A stretch of 64,000 nucleotides of DNA from Fimbriimonas sp. (GCA_029866005.1 JARXAE010000027.1:906-64905), one strand, 5' to 3'. Numbered from the stretch's first letter, positions 9,354 to 19,083 are shown. Translations and numbers: made by a program. Notes: generated from the sequence alone by a model not told the origin.

Positions 9354-10883
9354 GTGACCACCGTTGTTCTCGCTCGCGACACCAATCAGGCGATTGGCAT
9401 TGGGCAGTTTGCCATTGATTTCTTAGCTGGAAAGCTGGGACCAGGACCCTCGCAAGCAGTGTTGGATCGGTGTCGACTGTTTCACACTGATGCGATTCTC
9501 TGCGGGGCTTCGGCTCTAGCCTATCAAACGAACGCTCCCCGATTGCTTCGAGAGGAGGCACTTGAGTACGTGGATCCTTCCGGAGCCACCGTATTTGGTT
9601 CGACTACTCGGGTGAAGGCCGAGAAGGCGGTTGCGGCGAACTCGTCAGCGGTGCGTGAGTGGGACTCCAACGGAACCAACTTTGGATACAACCCGGCTTT
9701 GGGTCACTTGGCAGGCGAGTTTGGACACAACGACTACTACCCGGTAGCGGTCGCAGCCTGTCAGGAGAGAGGGTTGGACGGTCGAACGGCGTTGCTAGCG
9801 ATGGTTCTCATTGATGAGATTCGTGGCCGATTAGCTGAGGTTTTCAGCCTGAAGACTTACAAGATTGACCACGTTGTCCACGGCGCGATTGCTTCGGCGG
9901 CGGTGTATGTTGCGCTGCACGGCGGGACGGCTGAACAGGCGGAGCACGCAATTGGGATGTTTGTTGCGCACTACATCCCCTGGCGCGCGATTCGCGCGGG
10001 CAAGCAGCTCAGCGACTCCAAGGGGGCTTCGGCGGCGATTAGCGCGGAGGCGGCGGTGCTGTGTGCTCGTCGGGCTCTTCGGGGGTTTGTGGGGCCGAAA
10101 GACATCTTCCGCAACCCGGAGTCCATGTTCCGCCAGTTCGAGCCAACCAACGGGTCGTCGCCGTTTGATTTGCACTTGACTCATTCGGGTGATGACTTTG
10201 CGGTGATGGGGATGCACTTTAAGCTGGGGCTCTATGAGCACCAGTCTGCGGGAGCTTTGCAGGGCGCTTTGGACTTACTGGGCAAGGATCCATCGTTTGT
10301 TTCAAACGTTGCTTCCATAACGATTAAGGCGTACGAACCCGCGTTCGGCATCATCGGTGATCCGGCGAAGCGCGATCCTAAGACGAGGCAGTCGGCGGAC
10401 CACTCGATGGTTTATATCGTGGCGACGCTACTTCGGAAGGCTTCTGAACTTGGGGCTGGCGTGGATAACGATTCACGCTGGAAGTCGCTGATGCTGTCGC
10501 CTGAAGACTACGGTGCTGAGGCGCTCCACAATCCGGCAACGCGGGCATTGATGGAGAAGATTCAGTTTGAGCACGGAGGTGCGGAATATGATCGGAACTA
10601 TCCGGACGGAATTCCAACATCGATGGTGGCGACGTTGGCGGACGGCACCGTCTTGGATTCGGGTTTCGTGATGTACCCGGCAGGTCATGCTCGGAATGTT
10701 ACGGCCGACCTGACGGGGATTTTGGACCACAAATTTGGTCTTCTGGGTTCGATCGCGGTTCCAGCGGGCGGAGATGTTGCCGGGCTTGTCTCGCGGTTGA
10801 ACGGGCTGGGGTCAATGTCAGCTTCGGAGTTGATTGGACTGTACGACTTTCCGATTGCCGAACACTCGGCGATTGACGGTTAA
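9354..10883 (+). CDS. MmgE/PrpD family protein (2-methylcitrate dehydratase-like)
   Basis: AVREWDSNGT, GHNDYYP, KIDHVVHG, FKLGLYEHQSAGA, TRQSADHSM. Confidence 0.88.
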   Translation: MTTVVLARDTNQAIGIGQFAIDFLAGKLGPGPSQAVLDRCRLFHTDAILCGASALAYQTNAPRLLREEALEYVDPSGATVFGSTTRVKAEKAVAANSSAVREWDSNGTNFGYNPALGHLAGEFGHNDYYPVAVAACQERGLDGRTALLAMVLIDEIRGRLAEVFSLKTYKIDHVVHGAIASAAVYVALHGGTAEQAEHAIGMFVAHYIPWRAIRAGKQLSDSKGASAAISAEAAVLCARRALRGFVGPKDIFRNPESMFRQFEPTNGSSPFDLHLTHSGDDFAVMGMHFKLGLYEHQSAGALQGALDLLGKDPSFVSNVASITIKAYEPAFGIIGDPAKRDPKTRQSADHSMVYIVATLLRKASELGAGVDNDSRWKSLMLSPEDYGAEALHNPATRALMEKIQFEHGGAEYDRNYPDGIPTSMVATLADGTVLDSGFVMYPAGHARNVTADLTGILDHKFGLLGSIAVPAGGDVAGLVSRLNGLGSMSASELIGLYDFPIAEHSAIDG

Positions 10884-10904
10884 AACCGCACGACAACAAC
10901 GAGA

Positions 10905-11723
10905 TCACAAAAACCGAACGGTGCGTCCCGCTTTTTCGGCCATCTTTGCCAACTTCTCCATGTTTCCGCCCGGGGAAATCTTGACGAAGTCTAGGCGGGC
11001 GGAGAGTCCGGCGACGATTCGGTCGCGGAGTTGGTTGTTTATGCCAATAAAGCTTGCTTCGGGACGAAAAGGGGAGACCACTAGATCGGTAGTCGGATCG
11101 AATTCGTAACGCCAGAGGCGGGCCATGCGGAAGGCTTCGTTGCGCAAGTCTTCGCCCAGGACTTGAAAAAGACCCCGGTCAAGGCAGAGGATGCGCGGTG
11201 CACCCCATCGGAGCGGAACGACGGCTGACCGCTGGTACTCAGGCTTGTCGTGACCGGTAACGATTACTTCACCGTTGAGGACGCCCTCCTCGGTAAGTCG
11301 TTCTATTTCATCCAACTGATCTCGCGATGCGTTTCGGGAAGAGAGGACGGAGAAGGTGCGGGCTCCGAGGAGCTTGGTATTGCCGTAGAGGAACAGCATG
11401 GCAGGGGGATCGGGATCGAAGGCTTCAATGAGCTCGGGGTAGCCGGCATCGGTGATGACGGTCCACCGGACGCCGAGGGCTTCTAGTCGTCGCTCCATCG
11501 GGGCAACTTCTTCGAAGAGCTTGTCTCGGTGTTCGGCGAGATAGGTGGCAGATTTGACGCTGAGCTTGTATTCTTCGCGGTAGGCCTCGACGCTAAGGCT
11601 GAGGAACTCCTCTGCCGTACGATTGAGGAGATCGTTCCGAGCAAGGACCCGAACGACGGAACGCCCACCGACGCCGGGCGTCATCGCCAGGGCAAGGGTG
11701 AAGGTTCGTCGGGTTGCGCTCAT
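10905..11723 (-). CDS. Divergent DprA/Smf (SLOG superfamily) protein
   Basis: LAMTPGVGGRS, DAGYPELI...DPPAMLFLYGN, NQLRDRIVAGLS. The canonical GSR and SGLARGID motifs are replaced. Confidence 0.72.
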   Translation of the reverse strand: MSATRRTFTLALAMTPGVGGRSVVRVLARNDLLNRTAEEFLSLSVEAYREEYKLSVKSATYLAEHRDKLFEEVAPMERRLEALGVRWTVITDAGYPELIEAFDPDPPAMLFLYGNTKLLGARTFSVLSSRNASRDQLDEIERLTEEGVLNGEVIVTGHDKPEYQRSAVVPLRWGAPRILCLDRGLFQVLGEDLRNEAFRMARLWRYEFDPTTDLVVSPFRPEASFIGINNQLRDRIVAGLSARLDFVKISPGGNMEKLAKMAEKAGRTVRFL

Positions 11724-12454
11724 TTCTTCGAGAGTTCAACGGCGGTGGCGAGGAGGATTTTGACCGCGTTCTCGCCAGAGCGTTTCATTTCTTCTTCGAC
11801 TTCTTGATGGTTCGGCTCGATGGGCGAGATTCCGGCGGCGAGGTTGGTCACGATGGCGAGGCAGCCGTACTGAACTCCCGATTCCTTCATTGCGATGGCT
11901 TCACTCGTCGCCGTCATGCCAACAAGGTCAGCTCCGAACTGGCGGTAAAGGATGATTTCTTGGGGCGTTTCGTACCTGGGTCCGTTTCCGGCGAGGTAGA
12001 CGGCTTTGGGATGGACATCAACTCCGAGGTCTAACCCTTGATGCATGAACTGGTGGCGGATTTCGGGTGAGAACGGTTCGTTGAAGCCGGTATGGACGAC
12101 GGTCGAGTCGTGGATCGTTGTGTTTCGGAAGGTGAAATCGAGGAAATCGGAGCAGGCGATGAAGGTTCCGGGTCCCCACTGCTCGTGGAGCGAGCCCACA
12201 GCGGCGCTGGCAAGGCAGTATTTCACGCCAAGTTGCTTGAGAGCGGTTGCCATTCCAACGTAGTTGACTTTGTGAGGCGGAACCTTGTGACCGGCGGAGT
12301 GGCGGCTGAGCAGGAGAATATCGGCTCCTTCGTGCTCAAGATGTCGTCCGCGAATGGTTCCAACTGGGGTCGGGATGTGAACGGGCGAGCCGCCGAGAGC
12401 GATGAGGCGCGAGCCCACACCGGTGCCGCCTATGATCGCCGCATCGAATTTCAT
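11720..12454 (-). CDS. MTAP-family purine nucleoside phosphorylase
   Basis: AIIGGTG, LLSRH..GHKVPPHKVNY, GPRYETPQE, DLVGMT...E, AIVTNLAAG. Start placed at MKFDAAII (12454). Confidence 0.92.
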   Translation of the reverse strand: MKFDAAIIGGTGVGSRLIALGGSPVHIPTPVGTIRGRHLEHEGADILLLSRHSAGHKVPPHKVNYVGMATALKQLGVKYCLASAAVGSLHEQWGPGTFIACSDFLDFTFRNTTIHDSTVVHTGFNEPFSPEIRHQFMHQGLDLGVDVHPKAVYLAGNGPRYETPQEIILYRQFGADLVGMTATSEAIAMKESGVQYGCLAIVTNLAAGISPIEPNHQEVEEEMKRSGENAVKILLATAVELSKK

Positions 12455-12481
12455 AAGGCGATTATGATTCAAACTAAAGCC

Positions 12482-12880
12482 ATGATTCTTCGCGAAGTGC
12501 TTCATGCGCACATTCCGACTCTGATTGCCGACAGCACGGTGCGGGATGCGGTGGACAAAATGGACGTCTACCAATTCCCGGCCTTGGTGATTGTGGATAT
12601 TGATATGAAGCCGATTGCCGTGCTGACGGAGGGCGATTTAAGCCGAGAAGTTGCTCGACGGGACAACTTTGTGAGCATGGCCGGGGAGCCTGCTTACATC
12701 TATGCAACGAAGGAGCCTACGATGGCGGATGTGAACCAAGAGATCTCGGACGCCCTGCACCGAATGCTGGCTTCTGGGCTGACAATTTTGCCAGTAACGG
12801 ACGAAGGGATTTTGGCAGGAGTCGTTCTTCGGGTCGATTTAATGCAGGCGCTGATGATGGACGCAGCGGTTGGGGCGTAG
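12482..12880 (+). CDS. CBS-domain pair protein
   Basis: STVRDAVDKM...LVIVD...LTEGDL and LPVTDEGILAGVVLRVDL. Start is 12464 or 12482; the upstream ORF extension overlaps the opposite-strand gene. Confidence 0.85.
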   Translation: MILREVLHAHIPTLIADSTVRDAVDKMDVYQFPALVIVDIDMKPIAVLTEGDLSREVARRDNFVSMAGEPAYIYATKEPTMADVNQEISDALHRMLASGLTILPVTDEGILAGVVLRVDLMQALMMDAAVGA

Positions 12881-12888
12881 AAGGCAAC

Positions 12889-13338
12889 ATGCTCAAAGTT
12901 GGCGACCAGTTTCCCGCGTTTTCGTTGTTGAATCAGGATGGCGAAGCCATCACAAATGAGGCATTGAGCGGAACGGTCTCGGTGGTCTACTTCTATCCGA
13001 AAGACGACACGAGTGGATGCACTGCGGAAGCGTGCGAGTTCCAAGAGCGGCTAGCGGACTTTCCTGGAAAGAACGTGTTTGGAGTCTCCCCAGATGCAGT
13101 GAAGTCGCACCGCAAATTTGCAGATAAGTACAACCTTGCTTTTACACTTTTGGCCGATACCGAAACGGCACTTTGTCAGGCTTGTGGAGTGTGGGCAGAG
13201 AAGTCGATGTACGGAAAGAAATACATGGGTGTTCTGCGAACGACATTTATCGTTGGACCAGATGGGGTTGTGACACATGTTTTCGAGAAAGTGAAGCCAC
13301 AGGGCCACGCCGCTGAGATCAAAGCCGCTATCGGCTAA
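12889..13338 (+). CDS. bcp: Peroxiredoxin, BCP/PrxQ family
   Basis: VVYFYPKDDTSGCTAEACEF, GVSPD, RTTFIV. Confidence 0.95.
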   Translation: MLKVGDQFPAFSLLNQDGEAITNEALSGTVSVVYFYPKDDTSGCTAEACEFQERLADFPGKNVFGVSPDAVKSHRKFADKYNLAFTLLADTETALCQACGVWAEKSMYGKKYMGVLRTTFIVGPDGVVTHVFEKVKPQGHAAEIKAAIG

Positions 13339-13348
13339 ACTCCTTGAG

Positions 13349-14134
13349 ATGTCTCGAAAAGTGACGGCGCCGGGCCTGCGGCAGATGATGGAAGCAGGTG
13401 AGAAAATCGTCTGCATTACGGCATACGACTACACATCGGCTCTGCTGTGTGACTCGGCGGGTGTGGATGTTGTTCTCGTCGGGGACTCGCTCGGGAATGT
13501 TGTCCAAGGCCACTCAACGACTGTTCCGGTGACTCTTGAAGAGATGGTGTATCACACGCGCTGCGTTCGACGTGGACTATCTTCGCCGTTGCTCGTCGGT
13601 GATTTGCCGTTTGGATCCTACAATGTGAGCGTATCGCAGGCGGTGGAGTCTGCCATTGCTTTGATGAAAGCTGGTGCCGATGCAGTGAAGCTTGAGGGCG
13701 ATTACACCGAGGAAATCAGGGCAATTGTCAAGGCCGGGATTCCGGTGATGGGTCATGTGGGTTTCACGCCACAGTCGATCAATGAATTTGGTGGTCACAA
13801 GGTTCAGGGTCGAGGCGATGCCGGCGAGGGCGTGCTGGACGAGGCGATCAGTATTCAAGAAGCAGGAGTATTCGGGATTGTTCTGGAAATGATTCCGGCT
13901 GACGTTGCCGCGGTGATTACGAAGAAGATAGAGATTCCGACCATTGGAATTGGTGCCGGTGCGGCTTGTGATGGGCAGATTCAGGTGTGGCACGATGTCT
14001 TTGGTCTGAGTGCCCGAAAGTTGAAACATGCTCGTTGGTTTGCTCAAGGACAAGATGTCTTTGGGGCAGCACTATCTGAATACATTTCCTCAACAAGGTC
14101 GGGGGAATTCCCAACTTCGGAGAATAGTTTTTGA
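13349..14134 (+). CDS. panB: 3-methyl-2-oxobutanoate hydroxymethyltransferase
   Basis: ITAYD, VLVGDSLG, VGDLPFGSY, AVKLEG, GHVGFTPQ, IPTIGIGAG..CDGQIQVWHD. Confidence 0.97.
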   Translation: MSRKVTAPGLRQMMEAGEKIVCITAYDYTSALLCDSAGVDVVLVGDSLGNVVQGHSTTVPVTLEEMVYHTRCVRRGLSSPLLVGDLPFGSYNVSVSQAVESAIALMKAGADAVKLEGDYTEEIRAIVKAGIPVMGHVGFTPQSINEFGGHKVQGRGDAGEGVLDEAISIQEAGVFGIVLEMIPADVAAVITKKIEIPTIGIGAGAACDGQIQVWHDVFGLSARKLKHARWFAQGQDVFGAALSEYISSTRSGEFPTSENSF

Positions 14135-14946
14135 CGATAGTACGAACGGTAGCTGAGTACAGGGCTTTAGGGTTGGATGATGTAGGTTTTGTCCCTACGA
14201 TGGGAGCGCTTCACGAGGGTCATTGTTCGCTTGTTCGTGCAGCCGCATCGCCGCATAAGAATCGAGTCGTGTCGATATTCGTCAATCCAACGCAGTTCGG
14301 ACCCCATGAAGATCTCTCGCGATACCCGAGGACATTCGACCTTGATGTGGAGCGGGCTTCGGCGGCGGGTGCAAACGTCATCTTCGCGCCAACGGTAGAG
14401 GAGATGTATCCTCATTTGCCGACGATGATTCACGTACCGGGTTTGACCGAGCACTTTGAAGGTCGTACGCGACCTGGGCATTTTGACGGAGTGGCAACTA
14501 TCGTTGCAAAGCTATTCAATGTTGTGCAGCCGCGTGTGGCATATTTCGGTCAAAAGGATCTCCAGCAGTGCGCGGTTGTGACAAAAATGGTTGCTGATCT
14601 GAACCTGCCTGTTCGGGTTCAGATCGAACCTACGATCCGAGAAGCGGATGGGCTTGCGATGTCGAGTCGCAACGTCTACCTGTCACCAGAACATCGAGCG
14701 TTATCCCCGCAGATTTACCAGCAGTTATGCATTACACGTGACCAAATTCTTGGTGGAATCTCTCCAAGTAGTGCTCAGGAAGACGCTATTCATGTATTGA
14801 GTCAGAGCGGATTTGAAGTGGATTATTTCGCACTCATTGATCGACAGACCTTTACGCCTACGGGCTCAGTAACCAACAGTAGTGCGATTATCGCCGCAGT
14901 TAAAATTGGCACTACTCGTCTCATTGATAACATCTTATTCAACTAA
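14131..14946 (+). CDS. panC: Pantoate-beta-alanine ligase
   Basis: VPTMGALHEGH, SIFVNPTQF, RPGHFDGV, YFGQKDLQQ, READGLAMSSRN, RLIDN. TTGA overlap with panB. Confidence 0.97.
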   Translation: MTIVRTVAEYRALGLDDVGFVPTMGALHEGHCSLVRAAASPHKNRVVSIFVNPTQFGPHEDLSRYPRTFDLDVERASAAGANVIFAPTVEEMYPHLPTMIHVPGLTEHFEGRTRPGHFDGVATIVAKLFNVVQPRVAYFGQKDLQQCAVVTKMVADLNLPVRVQIEPTIREADGLAMSSRNVYLSPEHRALSPQIYQQLCITRDQILGGISPSSAQEDAIHVLSQSGFEVDYFALIDRQTFTPTGSVTNSSAIIAAVKIGTTRLIDNILFN

Positions 14947-14996
14947 GGTAAAATCAATATTCTCACGCATTGTTGCGTGAAAATTGGAAAGTTTAG

Positions 14997-15413
14997 ATGA
15001 ACAAGAGTGTCCAAGAGGTTAAGAATAGCCTCAAGTTTAAGGCAGATGAGAAGGAAGGTCTTCTCACAATTCGTTTCGGAGTTAAGAAGTTTGTGGTTCC
15101 CCACAAAGCCCGCATGATGAGTGATGGAAAATTCATGTTCCTCTCGTTTGGGGCGTCTTCGGAGCTCTATGAAGTCGATGGAAAAGGTCTGAAGGCAATG
15201 GACAAAGCTGCGGATGGATCTGCGGCTTACGAGGCACTTAAGCCTTCGGCCAAGAAGAAGCGTGGTGCTAGGAAAGGAAAGTCCGCCGTTGAGCTTCCAG
15301 CCGCTCTTGCAGAGGCTTTGAAGAATCTTCCCGCGGGATATCGCTTGGGCGTTGCGCCCGACGGCACTCCGAAACTCGTTAAAACGAGAACCCGTCGCAA
15401 GAAAGGCGAGTGA
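14997..15413 (+). CDS. Small Lys/Arg-rich hypothetical protein
   Basis: Clean intergenic ORF with basic clusters KKKRGARKGK and KTRTRRKK; no recognised family. Confidence 0.75.
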   Translation: MNKSVQEVKNSLKFKADEKEGLLTIRFGVKKFVVPHKARMMSDGKFMFLSFGASSELYEVDGKGLKAMDKAADGSAAYEALKPSAKKKRGARKGKSAVELPAALAEALKNLPAGYRLGVAPDGTPKLVKTRTRRKKGE

Positions 15414-15432
15414 ATCGCCATAATATAGGTAC

Positions 15433-15507
15433 GCCCTAGTAGCTCAGCGGTAGAGCAATGCTTTTGTAAAGCGGAGGTCGCGGGTTCGATTCCTGTCTGG
15501 GGCTCCA
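15433..15507 (+). tRNA. tRNA-Thr (anticodon TGT)
   Basis: Cloverleaf: acceptor GCCCTAG/CTGGGGC, D-arm GCTC/GAGC, anticodon loop TTTGTAA, T-loop TTCGATT, discriminator T, encoded CCA. Confidence 0.95.
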
Positions 15508-15525
15508 GTTAATATGTTAGGTGAG

Positions 15526-15561
15526 AGACCTGTCCTGAGTTGATTCAGGGCAGGTCTTTTT
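15526..15561 (+). terminator. Intrinsic terminator after the tRNA
   Basis: AGACCTGTCCTGA / TCAGGGCAGGTCT stem followed by a T run. Confidence 0.85.
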
Positions 15562-15638
15562 GTTGGCGTTACCTGTGCTCTCGAATGCGGCGAAGAGGTG
15601 GTTCACCTCAGTTTGGACCTAATACGTATAATTCTCCA

Positions 15639-16814
15639 ATGTCCTTTGCCATCGGCCTCGACCGACTCGCGTCCCAAAAGTTTGAGCGCCTGCGCGGCAA
15701 GCGAGTTGGGGTTGTTTGCAATCAGGCGTCAGTGGATTCTTCCTATCGGCACATCTTGGATTTGCTGAGTGATGTTGAGATTGGGGCGGTGTTTGGGCCG
15801 CAGCACGGGCTATTTGGGACAACTCAGGACAACATGATCGAGTGGAATGGGGAGGGGGCTCCGCCTCGGTCCTATCCAACTTTTTCTCTGTACGGCGAGC
15901 ATCGAGAGCCGACGGACGAGATGTTGAATGGTATTGATTTGCTACTCATCGACTTGCCCGATGTGGGGTCACGGTACTACACCTTCATCTGGACCATGAG
16001 TCTCTGTATCAAGTCGGCAGAGCGGCTGGGAATTCCGGTGATGGTCTTGGAACGTCCAAACCCAATCGGTTCTGCGGTGGAGGGACCGGGGATTGCGGCG
16101 GGGTTTGAGAGCTTTGTCGGGCTACATGATGTGCCGATTCGGCATGGGATGACGATTGGGGAAGTGGCTCGGCAGGTTGTTGATCGTTACTATACACGTG
16201 CTCACCTGGAGGTAGTTGAGATGGAAGGGTGGGACCGGATGTTGTATACCGATCAGATTCCATACGCTTGGGTGATGCCTTCACCGAACATGCCGACGGT
16301 GGACACGGCAGTGGTTTATCCCGGCGGGTGCCTCTTGGAAGCAACGAACTTGAGTGAGGGCAGGGGGACGACGCGGCCGTTTGAGATTGTAGGTGCTCCT
16401 TTTGTTGATGGCTGGCGGCTGGCAGAAGCGCTGAACTCACTGGTATTGGAAGGTGTGTACTTTCGGGCCCTGCAGTTTGAGCCGACATTTAACAAGCATC
16501 GCGAGAAGATTTGCGAAGGTGTGCAGGTGCATGTCTTGGATCGCGCCTCGTTCCGTCCGGTTCTTGCGTACGCATGCCTTATCAACGAGGTGGCAAAGCA
16601 GACGGGGATTCATGATTCAAGCCATGTGAAGCTGGATCGGTTCCAGGCGACGTCTGACGAGACTCAACTGCCGGGCTTCGCATGGAAGCAACCACCCTAC
16701 GAGTATGTGTATGACCGGATGCCGATTGACATTTTGTCGGGAAGTGAAAAATTTCGTAAACTGGTAGAGAACGGGGGCAGTTTGAATCTGATCAAACAGT
16801 GGTTGATCGGTTAA
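15639..16814 (+). CDS. DUF1343 / NamZ-like exo-beta-N-acetylmuramidase
   Basis: VGVVCNQAS, FGPQHG, SLYG, DLPDVGSRYYTF, ERPNP, PSPNMPT, SEGRGTTRPFE. Start placed at ATG 15639, 6 nt after TATAAT. Confidence 0.9.
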   Translation: MSFAIGLDRLASQKFERLRGKRVGVVCNQASVDSSYRHILDLLSDVEIGAVFGPQHGLFGTTQDNMIEWNGEGAPPRSYPTFSLYGEHREPTDEMLNGIDLLLIDLPDVGSRYYTFIWTMSLCIKSAERLGIPVMVLERPNPIGSAVEGPGIAAGFESFVGLHDVPIRHGMTIGEVARQVVDRYYTRAHLEVVEMEGWDRMLYTDQIPYAWVMPSPNMPTVDTAVVYPGGCLLEATNLSEGRGTTRPFEIVGAPFVDGWRLAEALNSLVLEGVYFRALQFEPTFNKHREKICEGVQVHVLDRASFRPVLAYACLINEVAKQTGIHDSSHVKLDRFQATSDETQLPGFAWKQPPYEYVYDRMPIDILSGSEKFRKLVENGGSLNLIKQWLIG

Positions 16815-16956
16815 ATCCTTAAAAATCAGTGCATCTTAACAAAGATTTAACACGGTTTGGTAAACTTATTGCTTAGAAGGAGTTGTCTAACAACTCGGTG
16901 CGGTGGGGAGAAGGATTTCCCAAGCTGCGCCGCAATATCCTCCCGGAATCATTAAA

Positions 16957-17958
<1,002 letters not shown>

Positions 17959-17977
17959 GGTCTGATCAACTGATCAT

Positions 17978-18011
17978 AAAACACCCCGATTGTTCTCAAT
18001 CGGGGTGTTTT
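17978..18011 (+). terminator. Intrinsic terminator (bidirectional-looking)
   Basis: Perfect 15-bp inverted repeat AAAACACCCCGATTG / CAATCGGGGTGTTTT. Confidence 0.9.
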
Positions 18012-18035
18012 CGTTTATACTGTCCCCCACAAGCC

Positions 18036-18365
18036 ATGAAGCTCGCCGTTTGCATCATTCATAACCGGGACAAGAATCGGATCATCGACGAGTTGATCTC
18101 TGCGGGATTCAAGTTCACGATCATCGGTTCAACAGGAGGGTTTTTGCGTGAGGGGAACACGACGCTTCTGATCGGGACGACCGATGAGCAGGTTGCAACG
18201 CTCAAACTCGTGATTCAGACGGCCTGTCCGACTCGCGAGCAAGTCCTGAGCATGGCTGCCTACGACGCGAATCCAGCGGCAGCGTTTGTACCGAGCGCGA
18301 TGAAAGTTTCGGTGGGCGGAGCTGTAATGTTCCTACTTCCGGTCGAAGAGTTTCACAGCTTCTAG
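18036..18365 (+). CDS. PII-like cyclic-di-AMP receptor family protein (DarA/PstA, DUF970)
   Basis: MKLAVCII...D, STGGFLREGNTTLLIG, VGGAVMFLLPVEEF. Confidence 0.88.
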   Translation: MKLAVCIIHNRDKNRIIDELISAGFKFTIIGSTGGFLREGNTTLLIGTTDEQVATLKLVIQTACPTREQVLSMAAYDANPAAAFVPSAMKVSVGGAVMFLLPVEEFHSF

Positions 18366-19042
18366 CGGCGGGCTGCGACGAGAATACGTTGCCACTTTTC
18401 GGTGAGCTTATCGGTATTCACACCGTTATGTCCGCGAGAAGAGTGGACGAAGTAGCCGTTTCCAAGATACATTCCGGTGTGACCGATCGTATTGCGCTTC
18501 TTCTCCCAGAAGTACAGGCGGTCTCCTGCGCGGAGGTCTTCGAGGCGGCGAATGGGAAGGCCAACCTTTGCCTGTTCCGCAGCGGTGCGCGGGAGCGAAA
18601 TTCCAATCTCACCATACAGCGATTTCACAAAGGCGGAGCAGTCGATGCCCCGATTGATGTCGTTTCCGCCCCAGACGTACGGGGTGCCTTTGAACGTGGT
18701 GCCCTTCCATGCGGCCTTGGCACGGCTAGATAGGTCAGTAACACGGGTTGCTTGGACCTTATACTCTTCCGGCAGGATTGCGACCTTGCTCGTGAGCATG
18801 TAGCCCCAGACGTTGTTTGCCATGAGCACCTTTGTCCAGCGCTCGTTGTAGGCCTTGACCACAAGATACTGGTATTGCTTGGCTTTGTAAAACTTGCCGG
18901 CTTTGGTGCTTGCGCTTTTGTAGATGGAGGTTGGTTCGAGGGTTTGGCCATAGTTGCCAAGCACGAGTTCTTCGGCAGACGCAAAGCACGCCCCGGATAG
19001 CACCAGTCCAATCAAACCAACTTTCAACATATTCTCTAGCAC
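18362..19042 (-). CDS. NlpC/P60 (C40) peptidase with an N-terminal SH3-like region
   Basis: GTPYVWGG, GIDCSAF, LPRTAAEQ, GHTGMYLGNGYFVHSS; signal peptide. Start may be 19030. Confidence 0.92.
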   Translation of the reverse strand: MLENMLKVGLIGLVLSGACFASAEELVLGNYGQTLEPTSIYKSASTKAGKFYKAKQYQYLVVKAYNERWTKVLMANNVWGYMLTSKVAILPEEYKVQATRVTDLSSRAKAAWKGTTFKGTPYVWGGNDINRGIDCSAFVKSLYGEIGISLPRTAAEQAKVGLPIRRLEDLRAGDRLYFWEKKRNTIGHTGMYLGNGYFVHSSRGHNGVNTDKLTEKWQRILVAARR

Positions 19043-19083
19043 TTAAATGATAGGCACAAATCGCTCCAAGTGGAGCAATTGCC

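Noticed and set aside
12092-12481. N-terminal extensions of ORF-track calls (also 3825, 12574, 15540, 19797, 23890, 33819, 54487)
   Set aside because: They overlap neighbouring genes or RNAs, and family similarity begins only at the downstream starts used in the feature list.
15433-15561. tRNA-Thr as an integration site for a genomic island
   Set aside because: No integrase and no repeat of the tRNA 3' end seen downstream; flanking genes are housekeeping.
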